A DNA stretch of 64,000 bases from Eledone cirrhosa. Taxonomy: Eukaryota. This document shows positions 29,800 through 42,644 of the stretch, one piece after another (within the stretch, counting starts at the first letter, position 1; the number at the start of each line of letters is the position of its first letter). A model generated the notes under the pieces. That model saw only the letters and a list, made by a program, of their open reading frames with translations. It was not told the origin of the DNA and did not search any database. Made by a program: the position numbers and the translations under genes. The stretch is from positions 15,810,001-15,874,000 of the forward strand of contig OZ024740.1 in NCBI GenBank assembly GCA_964016885.1, given 5' to 3'.

Positions 29800-30410
29800 G
29801 GGTAACCAATGTTAAAGAGAGAGATGGAGATAGTAGAGGAGATATGAGAGGAGAGATTGGTGAATTAGTTAGAAGCCAAAGCGTAAAGGCATGTGCTCAA
29901 TGTGCAATATGCAGTAGAAAGCAGCTAGGTGGCTGGGCTCATGCAGAAGTTAGGTGCGCAGAGCTGGAAATATTCATTAGTTAAGCAAAACAAGACCACA
30001 AATTTCATAAGGAAGACATTATTAAAAGATTGTCAACATATTTCAGATTGATGTAAGAAATGTAGAGAATAATAATAATAATAATATTAATAATAATAAT
30101 ATTATTAATAATAATAATGCCCGTTTACAATTTTAATTTATATTTCCTTGAAGTTCCGATGAGCCGCTCTGTCTTTTAAATATGTTAATTATTTTCAACT
30201 GAACCAGATCGATTATGATATATAGTCATCTGATCCAGAAATAAAATATGGAGTAGCGAAACAATTGTAAACGGACATTATTATTATTATTAATATTATT
30301 ATTATTATTATTCTCTACATTCCTTACATCAAACTAAAATATGTTGACAATCTTTTAATAATGTCTTCTTTGTGAAATTTGTGGTCTTGTTTTGCTTAAC
30401 TAATGAATAT
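29800..30410. mobile_element. Fold-back PLE-terminus element, family C, with HHR-like motif
   Basis: Inverted arms ~29973-30132 and ~30262-30410; left arm extended to GGTAACCAAT; second copy at 52025-53078 with the same ends; (TA)n flanks. Confidence 0.8.
30153..30272 (+). ncRNA. HHR-like motif with CCGATGA core and ~95-nt stem II region (family C)
   Basis: GTT-CCGATGA-GCCGCTC..(long insert)..GAGTAGC-GAAAC AATT GTA^AAC; same motif on minus strand at 52328-52460. Confidence 0.55.
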
Positions 30411-30436
30411 ATATATATATACATATACATATATAC

Positions 30437-30491
<55 letters not shown>

Positions 30492-30676
30492 CACACATAT
30501 ATATATATACATATATATATACATATATATATATATGAAAAGTGTAAGTTTCTACACAAAACGAAGGTTATAGAGAAAATTGAGGTTGGTAATGGCACAT
30601 GGAATATATAAGAGACAGAGTACTTTTTTGTGAAAAAACATATAATTTTATAATGTAAGGAAAGAATAAAGGGTAT

Positions 30677-30727
30677 AAAAAATGACCGGTTTCGATGGGT
30701 CTGCAAAAGCCATCTTTTCAAATGTTG
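30677..30727 (-). ncRNA. Minimal HHR, U3:A8 core variant (family D)
   Basis: Minus: AACAT-TTGAAAA-GATGG..CCATC-GAAAC CG GTC^ATTTT; stem I weak; homolog at 50783-50832. Confidence 0.5.
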
Positions 30728-31251
30728 ATTAATATTAAGAAAAATTAATAATAAGAAGAGTTAAAATTTGAGATTTGAAAATTCAAGTATAAAATTCAGT
30801 GTGGGATTTCATAGTAGTTTTCATCTTGGTAGCAGCAAGTTGACTGCTGTGTGTCCCTTTCTGGTAGTGAATGAGGAATTAAGGTCAGATTTAGCAATGG
30901 CCAGATGGCCAGGTGCTGGTCAGTGAGGGGGTGGAAGCAATATACATACATACATATATCTCTATGTGGTCGGTAGGAGAGGAGAGAGTGCTAGAAAGGG
31001 ATTTAGTGCACTTACACCTATATATACACATACCCTCATCCACACACACATACATATACATACACATATATATATATATATACACACACACACATACATA
31101 CACACACACATACATACATACACACACACACATATACACATACACATATATACACACACACACACATATATATACATACACATACATCCAGATACACACA
31201 TACATACACACACACACACATACATACACATATATACATATATATGTACAT

Positions 31252-31307
<56 letters not shown>

Positions 31308-31865
31308 ATACACACACATATATATACATACACACATACAAACACACATACACACATATATACACACATACACACACACACACACACATATATATATACA
31401 TACACATACATCCAGATACACACATACATACACACACACACATATATACATACACATACATACATCCACATGCACCAACATACACACACACACATAGAGA
31501 AATGGCCTCCAAATATATATATATACATACATACACATATATTTTTTCCATAATATAAGAAGTTAGAACAGTGAAATTAAAATACAAGTCATTCTGATCA
31601 CATTGAGTTCTTCATGTAGATTGGGCCCCGCAACCGACAGTGGTGAATTCTGTGTGCGCATATATATATAGATATATGTGTGTGCACGTGCAGGGTTTAA
31701 CATGGATGTGTTGGTCACACAAAGGCATGGTCTGTCAATGAATAAACCTGATTCTACAGAATTGGTCTCTGGTCTTTAATAGTAGTGATAATTATATACA
31801 TGCACACATACAAACACATATATCTGTCACTCCGTGCGTATGTGTGTTTATATTTTATGACAATT

Positions 31866-31977
31866 CTATTGGGGTGATAACCCGTTTAGTTTTGGTTTAA
31901 ATTTGTTAAGGAATAGATTTTCTTTGTTTATTCTTTGTTGCTGTGTGAACGAATCTGAGCACTTGTAGAAGGGGAAG

Positions 31978-31982
<5 letters not shown>
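31866..31982 (-). pseudogene. C-terminal tip of a PLE GIY-YIG endonuclease, truncated at a (TA)n tract
   Basis: KIFPFYKCSDSFTQQQRINKENLFLNKFKPKLNGLSPQ* resembles the R..(K)E..F...F.P.LN end of PLE GIY-YIG domains. Confidence 0.55.
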
Positions 31983-32033
<51 letters not shown>

Positions 32034-32339
32034 TACACAAAAGTATATAAACATACAAATAAATATAAATATACACACAGAGAGGACAAGTAATCGCACC
32101 TCCACACAGCGATATGCATACAAACGAACGGCCACTCATATAAATACATGCAAATAAGTACTCATAAATATACGCATATACACAGACACATAAAAACAGC
32201 TCTACAATCAGAAAATGCAGATAGGTCAGAGGTACTCACATAACCATAGTGACCGTATTTCAGGTTGAGGAGGGGTGGGTGGCGTGGGAAGGAGGTAGAG
32301 GGCCTAAAAGGGGGAAGTCGTTTTTAGCCATCGGGCATT

Positions 32340-33180
32340 TTTTAGCCATAAGGTATTTGAAAGTTGCAAAGTTCTTGTGCATGCAGTTCGGGCAATGTTC
32401 AGAGAGTTTGTTCAGTAGCGGGCCCTAGGCGAATAAAATTTCATAGCTCTCTCAGATACAAAGGTCGCAGCCCTTGTGTCCTCCGTTGTAAGAGCGCGCT
32501 TTCTGGAGTATTTTCCATTTAAGCGTAAGGGGGGTGGAGTTCCTTTTGAAGTCCCAAACATAGCAGGCGAGTGTTGTCTGGTTTGATTTGTCCGGTCTTC
32601 TGAAGGAGTGGGTATGGGCACCCCAACGGGTCTTAAAGTTATTGGAAGTCATGCCGATGTAAGTATTTTTGTTGCTGCAATCATCGGTGCCTGAGATGAC
32701 ATGGCATTTGTATACGATATCATTTGTCAAGCATTTGTTTTCAAGTGGGCAGGCTTCCTTATTTAGGCAATTACACAAGGCCACAGTCCGGGGATTGGGT
32801 TCGGAGGTGGTTGGCTTATTTAATTTTTTAGAATTGTGATTGGCTATATTCCTAGCTAGGTTGGGTGTGGTGGAGTAGGAGAGTCTTATTGTGTTCTTAT
32901 TAAAGATGGTGTAGTACTTATGTTGTATGGGGAAGTGTGTTTTCAGCAAAGTGAAGAAAATCCTAGCTATCAGTGTAGAGACCTCTCTATTGAAGGGAGG
33001 GTTGTACCAGCTAATCTGCCTATGCCAATTCCTCCTCTGCAATCTTGCGGTGGTTTCTAGGTAGGTAATCTTTTCTTTAAATCCGCTGCGGGCGATGGCG
33101 TCATTGTAGTAGGAGGCAGAGGCGTTGAAAATATCTTCGTTGACAGAGAGGCCAGAGATTCTAATGGAGACACTTTTTAC
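32340..33180 (-). pseudogene. 5'-truncated Penelope-like element: RT thumb plus GIY-YIG endonuclease
   Basis: ORF 32452-33267: WYNPPFN, IFNKNTIRLSYS, CNC..CPL..CL, IVYKC..TYIGMT..FKTRW..H..SF, CDLCI; ends at a stop right after CDLCI, earlier than the 44-45 kb homolog. Confidence 0.9.
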
Positions 33181-33278
33181 TAAGTAGAACTTTAAAGAAT
33201 TAGCTTTTAAAGAATTTCCCTTTTCTTTCAATCCTTCAACCATGACCGACCCCAAATTAAATACCACTTCTACTTATA

Positions 33279-33342
<64 letters not shown>

Positions 33343-34112
33343 TGTATATATAGTGTATTTTGCAATACACTGTATGCTTAATTAAAAGCATTTTGAAGAC
33401 CTTACGCTATTGTTTTAAAGTAGTGACTATGTCACTTACTTCTTTTTTTAACAAACAAAGAGACACACACACATGAAAACGTGATATATTAATATATGTA
33501 TGTGTGTATTAATATATGTATGTGTGTATGTATGTGTGTATGTGTGTATGTATCTCTACTTTCTCTCTCTCTTTCTCTCTCTCTTTTTCTCTTTCTCTCT
33601 CTCTCTCCCTCTCGCTCTCTCTCTCTCTCTGTATTATATATATATATATGTATATACTGAGACACATACATACGCATTTATGTATATATTTAAGTCAGCA
33701 TTTAACTCCAAGATACTTCTAAAGCTGTCGTCTGTTTATACAGGAAGACATTGGCAAAGACGCGAAGTTGGTTCAAACCCTGCAAACCAGGGCTTTCACC
33801 TCCTTTGTTTACCTTTCGTCTCGACTCTGTAGCTAAGAAAACAATGTCCCCTTCTGAGAAGGGTTTCGTCTTATATATCTTGTAGATCTTGCCCTATTTT
33901 CTCTTCTTTTCTCTCTCTCTCTCTTTCACTTTTCTTTCTTTCTATCCCTTTTGCTGGTTTTTTCTACACACAGACACACACACACATGAAAACGTCATAT
34001 TAATATATATATGTATGTATTATGTATGTATGCATATATGTATGCATGTATGTATGTATGGATGTGTGTATGTATGTACGTATCTCTACCTTCTCTCTCT
34101 CTTTCTCTCTCC

Positions 34113-34184
<72 letters not shown>

Positions 34185-34185
34185 G

Positions 34186-34350
34186 TTATTCCGGGTTGAA
34201 TCGGAGGTAACCACAGTAAGTAAGGTACTCAATACATTGCAGAGTATAAAAGTTTTAATATAGATGAGATTCTACAGGACTAGAACTGTTTCATTCCTGA
34301 TGATTTCTAAAGAATGAAACAGTTCTAGTCCTGTAGAATCTCATCTATAT
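34186..34350. mobile_element. Fold-back PLE-terminus element, family B, with plus-strand HHR at 34293-34339
   Basis: Arms 34258-34296 / 34312-34350; ATTC-CTGATGA-TTTC TAAA GAAT-GAAA CAG TTCTAGTC CTG TA^GAAT; (TA)n both sides. Confidence 0.85.
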
Positions 34351-34487
34351 ATATATATATATACATATTTATACATTTGCCTATTCATTTCAATATATAG
34401 TATTCATAGAAATTGTGTATATATGCTTGTGCATGTATTTACGTATGTATATTATATAGATATATGTATGCATATACATATAAACAG

Positions 34488-34530
<43 letters not shown>

Positions 34531-34542
34531 AACACACACACA

Positions 34543-34585
<43 letters not shown>

Positions 34586-35054
34586 CACTGTCTCCTGTTG
34601 GAGACGACGCCATGTTTGTCTTACTCTAACTTCACTCAATCTTTTTCATTCTATTTATTTGGGATTTTTTAATATTTTCTAGTCAGCTTTCTCTAAAGGA
34701 AGTCCCTAATTAAAACAGCCCTTTGTACTAAACCCTAACCTTAACTCTAAACCCATAAGCTACCCTTTACAATGTGAGGCGGTTCATTTATAGCACAGTT
34801 CACTGTAATTAAGATCGTTCTTCTTCTTCTTCTTCTTCTTCTTCGTAGATAGACAATACATACATACATACATACATAAAAAGTAAGAAAGTTAGATAGA
34901 TAGATGGATGGGCAGATGGATAGATAGATAGAGAGAGGGAGGGAGAGTGAAATGTATTGATAAATGTATATATATGGAACCAGATGGACCATAACGCACC
35001 AGAGTACTCAATACTTAGGGTAGTAGTGTGTAATAGGAGAAAGTCATACTTTCT

Positions 35055-35112
<58 letters not shown>

Positions 35113-35152
35113 CATATACTTATATACATATATATATATACATGTATATATA

Positions 35153-35211
<59 letters not shown>

Positions 35212-35286
35212 ATATATATATATATTTTATATATATATATATATATATGTGTGTGTATATATATATAAATACATATACTTATATGC

Positions 35287-35327
<41 letters not shown>

Positions 35328-35604
35328 CATATATAGAGATAGAGAGAAAGAGAGACAAATAGAGAAATAGATAGATAGATTTCTTTATTTGCCACAAGGG
35401 CGCACAAGAAAAGGGGACAATACAAAGACATACCGGGGATTTTACATACAGTCGTGTAAAAATATAAAACAAACAATTACAACAATCGAAATCGCCAATA
35501 GGAGCACCACAAATGGGTTGTTTAATACCCCGTCGATAGAACAACCCTCAACTCCAGGAGCGTGTTGTGCAAGTGCTCCTTCTTCCTTTGCTCTCTTCTT
35601 CAAC

Positions 35605-38600
35605 CTACAGGCTTATAAACAGAGAAGGCCCAATCACTCGGGTCATTTTCGCTTCATTCACCCACCTTTCAGTAAATTTACTGAGGTGCAGTGCCTCTCT
35701 CTCCACTCTGATTCTCCTTCTAAAGTGATACTTATAGAAGGGAATCAATTATTGTCCGGGGAGAAAGGCATCTGTCCTCAGTCCTCTCAATCTCGTCTAC
35801 CATATAATTTCTTTCACCATAGCCACTGTACAGTGGAAAACCGCCTCTCTTTGGTTTTTGAAAGAGGCTGGCGGTGTGATCCTTACTATGGACTCGGCAG
35901 TCAACTGGATGTGTCCCATACGCGACAGCAGGTGTTCTGCATAGATCCACAGGTCGGTTACGCCCGGGCAGTGTACAATTGCGTGCAGGACTGTTTCAAT
36001 GTCCTGCGCGCATCTTGGACACGTCCTCTTGGAAGGATCCTTGCCGGGGCGTCCGTGCCTGTAGATCTTGTCAAGAACCGGTAGAGCTCCTCGGTAGCAC
36101 TGCTAGGCCAGGGACCTCTGGAATTTGTCCATAGGTCCTGGGCGGAAAGTCCTACCAAACAGTCTGGTGAGCTCATCGTCTTCGACGCCCAGAGTCTCTC
36201 CGAGCACGTCGTCGCCCTTGTAACGTACAATCCCTCTATAGAATGTCGAAGTGGAGTCTCCACTGATTGCTGTGCCCGCTTGCCAGAGGACTGTGAGCGC
36301 CTGAGCGCATTCAATGTGGCAGGCGCCCATCGTTTTCGGTTTTTCTTGACCCAGGACTGCAGCTCCGTCAGCGAGACGAGCTGTGGGAAAGCCTGTCTCA
36401 CAAACGGTGCCCACGCACGTTGGGGGTCGGTGAGGAATACCTGGAGATGCCACACCCTCAGCGCATGTTTGCGCATCATCATCCACAGCATTCCCAGCCC
36501 TCCGTTGGAAGGGTGCTGACAGCAGACGGATCTCACCAGCGGAGCCTGCTTCTTCCACAGAAACTGGAAGAGCATGCAAGGTACGACAGTCAAGCGGTAG
36601 TAGATGACGGACGCTATGAAAGTGTTCGCCACCTCCGCTCGACCTTTCAAGGACAGTTTGCACTCTGCCCACTTCCGGGTGAGCGCAAACACCTTGGACG
36701 TGACCTCGTTCCAGTTTTTCTCCACCTGGAGGTCTGGACCGAACCAGACCTCGAGCAATTTCACCGGTCCATCCGTCCAGCGTCCAACGACGCTGTCGGA
36801 CATCATCGGTTTGCCTCTCCACGTACCGAGTTGCAAACCGACAGACTTGTCCGGGTTTAGTTTTGCTCCCGTCAGCGTTTCGTATTCTTTCAGTAAGTTG
36901 CCGATCACCCCGATTTCCGAGGTGCTCGACACCATTACCAAAGCGGCGTCGGCATAAGCCGACGCCGCTTTGCGCAGTCCCGGTTCTAGAGGGATGCCCT
37001 GCAACAGCTCCAATTTCCGCAGTAGTGGCTCTAGAGTCAATACATACAGAATGGAGGAGAGAGGCACCCCTGTCGAATGGAAAGTGTGATTGCGAACGGC
37101 TCCGATAGGTAGCCGTTCACCTTGACCCTCGAGCAGATGCTGGTGTGCATCGCCTCGATCCATCCTCTGAACACGGGACCGAAACCGGCCGCCTTGAGGA
37201 CCGCTCCCAAGTATCGATGGTCGACCCTATCGAATGCCTTAGACTGATCCAAATTGATCAGAGCCCCACCGAAGCCGGGTTTACTACCCACCCTCTCTAT
37301 GATGTATCGCATGAGGTGGATGTTGTCGTGTATGGACCTGGTCGGGATTGCACACGTTTGCGCTTTCCCTACCAGGTTCTCGACGACAAGCGCCAACCTC
37401 GTCGCTAGCACCTTGGCCAAAATCTTTAACTCTGTGTTGAGCAGAGTTATGGGCCTGAAGTTGTTAATTTCGTCCCCCTTGTTCTCGTCTTTCCTGGTCA
37501 GCGTTACTACGCCCTTGCCTGCAGAACTGGGAATTCTCCCGTTCTGCTGCCAATTTCAGTAGACGGCTTCGAGGACGCCAGAGAACAAGTCCGGCATGCC
37601 TATGTTAAACTCATAGGTTAGACCATCTAGACCTGGTGACTTGCGTTTCCTGCACCGACCCAGCGCGTCCCGTACCTCAGTGTCCGTGATCGGTCTTTCG
37701 CAGAACTCGGCGTCCGTGTTCGAGAGACGCGGCAGGCCGTCGAAGTATGAACTAAAGTCCATTGCCCCGTTCGGCTCACCGTCGTTCTGCTCAAACAGTC
37801 GCGCAAAGTGCTGCTGAAAGGCCGCGCACCTTTGCTTGGGGTCAAGTAGCACGCGCCCGTTTTGGTCTTTCAAAGACCGAATCGTGGACTTGTTGCCACT
37901 TTTTGCCTCCGCCACTCAGGCCCAGCTGACAGATTTCGCTCCTTCGTTTTCTAGAGCACGTGTTTTGCTTCTGACCACGCAGCCTTCGTGTTTCACGTCG
38001 AAGAACTGGTCTAGTGCCGTTCTCGACGCTAACACTCTAGCCGCGTTGCCACTTCTAAGTGCCTCCTCTACCTTGGCTACTAGTTCTCTTTCTATTTTGT
38101 TTTTCTCTAAGGCTAACTCTCTGCTAAACTCTATCGATTCTACTCTAATTGCTTTCTTGAGAGAGTACCACCATCTATTGTTGACGATAGCTCCCGTTAA
38201 CTGTTGCTTCACTAATCTACTTATCCGTTCACTGTAAGCTTTACGTGCCGGCAACGACACGTACAGCTTCCAGTATCCGGGTCCCTGTCTATGTATTTTA
38301 TCACGGTTGACTCAGTAGACGACTAACTTGTGATCTGAGTAGGCAACCATGTGCATTCGTGGACAGCTTAACATCTCCTTGTCCCTTTTTCTAATGAAGA
38401 ACCTATCTAAATACGATCTAGATGTCCCACTGCGGTTTACCCACGTCCACTGTGGTGCAGTCAGGAAATCCAGTCGATACCGATCGGCCAGTTGGAATTG
38501 GCCAATTAAAGTTTTGAGGCTGTTGCACCCCTCTCTACTGGGACATGCTCCCACATAGTCCCATCGTGCATCTAGGATACCATTCCAGTCCCCCATTCCC

Positions 38601-38980
38601 AGAAAAGACTCTAGACGCTTAAAGAAGTCTGGCCGTGATTGCGATTGCCCGATCGGGGCATAAACGGCCACCAGTCTGAAGGCTCTACCTCCGATACTGT
38701 TCACGTCTAGGACTACCAGTCTACCTTCCGGGTCCAATTGTACTTGCTGTATTTCGACGTCCAGGTTCTTCCGAAACATGACAGCCACTCTACCTCCACC
38801 TCCTGGCTTACAGAGAGATGCGTAGATCTCAAAGTCGTCGAAGATGGGGGTTAGATGCTGCTGCCTGTTGTGGATCCTGGACTCGGTGATGGTTATCACA
38901 TCCATATCGTGTGACCTAAGGTCGTTTAAAAGTTGGCTCTGTTTCCAGGGCATCCCGCTTTCAACTCGTAAACTAGCCAT
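35605..38980 (-). pseudogene. LINE ORF2 (AP endonuclease, reverse transcriptase, C-terminal Zn domain), broken by stops and frameshifts
   Basis: Fragments: ITITESR, GDWNGIL, SYLDRFF, YSDH (APE); KSPGLDGLTYEF, LDQSKAFDRVDH, IRQGCLSP, YADA (RT, YADD mutated). Confidence 0.92.
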
Positions 38981-39022
38981 ATTGGTGAAGAAAAGTTGGA
39001 GAAAAAGGACGAAAAGGTGCAC

Positions 39023-40922
39023 TTACCTTTTCGTTTCCTGGAGATCGGGTTGTTCAATCTCCATTCGGGTGCTGGATGGGGTGTTGGGTGAGGTGGGGAA
39101 ACATTTTAATAGGACGTGGTTGATGGGTTTCTGGCAGGGGTTGCCCACGTCCTGTGAAAATTTATTTTTCAGGTCACTATAGGTCTCCATAGAAACCCTT
39201 ATAAGTTTAAGGTGTGGAGACGATTCTGCTTTGACGAAAGTTTTGCCCTCCGTCTCCAGCTTGGGGTTTTGGGAGATGACCTCAATCAAACTCCTGTTGT
39301 TTGTGTTGATGTATGTGTATTGTTGTTTGTGTTTTTGTTGTGTTGTTTTAGTTTGTTGTTCGTCCGGGAGTTTTCTTTTTATGGTGGGTGCTTGTGTTTG
39401 GGGTGGTGTTGGTTTTGTTGGTAGGGGATATTTGATTGTGGTGTTGTTTGTATTGTGTTTGTGTCTGTGGTTGTGTGTTGGTGTTGGTGATTGGAGTTTT
39501 GGGGGTTTTGTGGTGTCTCTTTTTTGTTTTTAAAATTTCCGAGGCTCTCCCTCTTCTTCACTTAAAGAAGGAGAAGCAGCCTCATCTGTCGGTGAATAAT
39601 CATCGTCAGGAGTGTGGGGTAAGGTATGTTGCGTGGTGGTGGTGTTTCGGTGTGTGTGTTTGTGGTAGTGTTTGCTGGAGTGGGATGGGTGGGGCTGTGT
39701 TCTTCATGGGTGTTGTCTGTGTTTTTTTCTGTTGTTGTTGGTCGAGTGGCTGTTTGTTTTGATGTGTTTGCTCGTTTCGTCTGTTGTTGTACTTGTGCTG
39801 GTGGTTGTTTTGGTGTTGGTGTTGGTGTTGGTAATAGTGTTTTTTTAATGATGTTGTTGTGGTGTGTTTGTGAAGGACAGGAGGCTTTTAGGTGTGCTGT
39901 GCTACCACAGCGAAAGCAATGAAATTTACGCCCTTCTACCGAAATGTTTACTTTGTTGTTGTCGTCGATGACGACTCTTTCGGGTATTTTAAAGATTCTC
40001 TCCGGCCTCATTTACATCAGAATCTCCAAATCAGTACCCGCCCACCTTTGTCTAATAGATTTTCATATCGAAAGAATCATATCAGTCTCTGGTTCTACGA
40101 AGCCAGCCAAGATCCACCAGATGTTAATGTTTGGTGGTATATTTTTTATTCTTATTTTTTGTGTCCTTTTTCCTATGTACGTAGGGAAGGTGAATGCTTT
40201 TGACACCATTGGTGTCACAGAATGTTTTTGGGCGAGTGCCTCACTTTTAAACAGTACGGAAACACTTCCGTACTGTTTTCCTCGCTGGAGAAAGTCAATA
40301 TTTGCTAGAATTTCCTTCAAGGTAGCTTCTATATATCCTTGACTAACAAATATCGGCTTTCTCGTTGTATTGGAGACAGTACTGGAGGTCACTGTCCTTC
40401 GAACTGTGTCTTCTTTTATTTCGAGGGGTGAGTTAATTATAAATCCACCCTTGTCTTCGAAAGTTACAAATTTTCTCCCTTGCTGGAGCATATCTCTTGC
40501 ATTGGAGATGTCAAGATTTATAAAATCTTGTTTTTTGTTCACTGTTTCAGCGAAAGACATTTTTTGTGTGTGGTGTTGCTGTTGTTGTTGTTGTTGTTGT
40601 TGTTGTTAGCCTCGGTGTTGGAAATTACAATTTCTTGACGACGTGAAATTTTATGTGTAGATGTATCTATGGAGTTGTTGTTGTAGTCTTTTTCATGTGT
40701 ATGTATATTAATAGGTTTAATTCCTGTATGCTGTGTGTTATTTTTCTCCGCTTCGACGGTAGAAATTTTAAAATCTTCAAGTGGTAATATTCTTTTCTCT
40801 TTGTTGACAGTCGTATCTATGGCGACGTCCATAGTAGCAGAAGCAGATATAACGTTAATATCTGCCTCTTTACTTCTCTTCTCTCTGTCGACGTTCTCTA
40901 GCGTTATTTTCGAGTTATTCAT
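39023..40922 (-). pseudogene. LINE ORF1 (gag-like, CCHC zinc knuckle), frameshifted
   Basis: Fragments 40539-40922, 40063-40560, 39562-40011 (CFRCGSTAHLKASC), 39023-39289; homologous to ORF1 of copy 2. Confidence 0.85.
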
Positions 40923-41499
40923 GTTTTATAGTTGGCAAAATTTGATATTTTAAAACAATTTTTAAAATAAAATATTCGCCCCTAAAGGGGCGAAAAATGG
41001 GGTTACCACCCAGCTGACAATTCAGCTTGGGGGTTAATCTACAAAATGATATGTTTTTTCAAACAATTTGTTCTGTTTTTCGTATATAAATTTACAAAAT
41101 GTTTTACCGGCAATGTTCCACGAGTCAGGCAGATAAAGAGATAGATAGATAGATAGATAGGAAAATAAATAGATATATCCTCTTCCACTTCCTCCACCAC
41201 CACCTCATCTTCTGGCTTCCTCTTCCTCCTTTTTCTTTTTCCCTCCTTTTCCTTTCCTCATCAGTCTATTTATCGTCTGCTTCTGTTTGAGTTGACATCG
41301 CTGTGGTGAGCATACAATAGATTTTATAAGTGATTATTGCTCCATAAATATTTCATTACATAGAAGCTATGTTAGCAGCAAGACATATGTGAAAACAATC
41401 AGTTTGTCTTGTAATAACCATTCTGTTGGAGACAGAGAACTGCAGACGATGGTGAACACCTGGGTTTCATTTTCTAACGGAGAACACACCGTTTACATC

Positions 41500-42030
41500 A
41501 CTCATATCTATATATATACATGCACATACACACACACATACTCACACACATGCATGCTTGCACACATACGCATACACACACCCCACACACAAGCACACAC
41601 ATACACACACACACATGCACACACACAAACTCACGCGCGCACACACACATACGTACACACACACACGCGCACTCACGCAAACACATATGTGCACACACGT
41701 AGACACTCACATGGACGCCACATATGATATGCACATGCACGCACATACATGCACACTCAGACACGCACACACGCACACACACACGCATGACACACATGCA
41801 ATGCACACACACCATACACCCACCCCCACCCCCCACACACACAGATACACACGTGTCTGCCTGCACTTATTCGCACATAGAGATACACATGCACGCCACA
41901 TATGCACACGCACGCACATACATGCACACGCAGACGCGCACACACGCACACATGACACACACACACACAATACACACTGCTCCTCCCACACATACACAAA
42001 CAGATACACACGTGTCTGCCTGCACTTATT
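41500..42030. repeat. Degenerate (CA)n/(CACG)n low-complexity tract with internal duplication
   Basis: CAGATACACACGTGTCTGCCTGCACTTATT occurs at ~41842 and ~42001. Confidence 0.85.
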
Positions 42031-42178
42031 GACACATAACTCAGATAACTTGATAAGAGTTAGTCTTAGGGAAAAAAACAAATGATTCTATTTTCGATGA
42101 CAAGAATATCACACATTGTTTCTCCTTCCTTTCCAGCTTACCAGGTGGTTACAATGACAGACAGATCATGTGAAAGGA

Positions 42179-42336
42179 AAATATTAGATGACACCATTTG
42201 GGGGTCTTCGTGTGGCATAGCTTGCCAGCTAAAATATTAAACGTCACCATTTTGGGTCTTCGTGTCGCATAGCTTGCCAGCTAAAATATTAAACGTCACC
42301 ATTTTGGGTCTTCGTGTCGCATAGCTTGCCAGCTAA
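42179..42336. repeat. 52-bp tandem repeat, ~3 copies
   Basis: CACCATTTTGGGTCTTCGTGTCGCATAGCTTGCCAGCTAAAATATTAAACGT at 42245, near-complete copy at 42297, diverged copy at ~42192. Confidence 0.9.
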
Positions 42337-42644
42337 CAGCTAAAACAAATGAGAGTTTGCAACTTGAGATTGAGAAAGATTGTCCAACGTGACATGATAT
42401 TTTCACTATATTCTGCTAAGAAATATATTTGTAAATAAGAAAAATGTTAAAGAATTTGAAAAATTTCTACAATTTTCTACCGTCAGAAAATTTTAATTTT
42501 GATATTTTCATCGACTTTACATTTTACTAGCTGACCCCGTCCTGTTGTCCCTCTATCAAAATTGAACCATCCGAATGGAACCATCACGAAGTATTATAAA
42601 GATCAATATGACATTTTAAGTGTTTTATATATTATATATATATA

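Larger units (their letters stand above)
27590..29800. repeat. Long compound (TA)n/(CA)n/(TACA)n microsatellite, interrupted by a fold-back element
   Basis: Alternating purine-pyrimidine low-complexity sequence; source of 350-460 aa pseudo-ORFs. Confidence 0.95.
35378..41130 (-). mobile_element. L1/Tx1-type non-LTR retrotransposon, near full length, degenerate (copy 1)
   Basis: 5'UTR, ORF1 with CCHC knuckle, ORF2 with APE-RT-Zn, 3' end CCCTTGTGGCAAATAAAGAAATC running into (TCTA)n; (GATA)n on both flanks. Confidence 0.93.

Noticed and set aside
29800-29984. Repeated peptide [44 protein letters not shown] (also at 52025-52207)
   Set aside because: Conservation is explained by nucleotide-level repeat family C; no independent start, splice or domain evidence
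27522-31587. Long ORFs of 150-460 aa (poly YI/HT/CV)
   Set aside because: Translations of (TA)n/(CA)n microsatellites, which lack stop codons on both strands
33740-33800. tRNA-like B box GGTTCAAACCC
   Set aside because: No cloverleaf could be built; at most a decayed SINE head
33463-34180. Local duplication around CACATGAAAACGT(G/C)ATATT with compound microsatellites
   Set aside because: Ordinary short duplication of low-complexity DNA with no further structure
34726-34756. Telomere-like CTAAACCCTAACCTTAACTCTAAACCC
   Set aside because: Only ~4 degenerate units; such motifs are common inside invertebrate repeats and are not evidence of a telomere
35389-39182. Plus-strand ORFs overlapping LINE copy 1 (and minus-strand ORFs over copy 2)
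   Set aside because: Antisense shadows of the GC-richer ORF2 with no recognisable motifs
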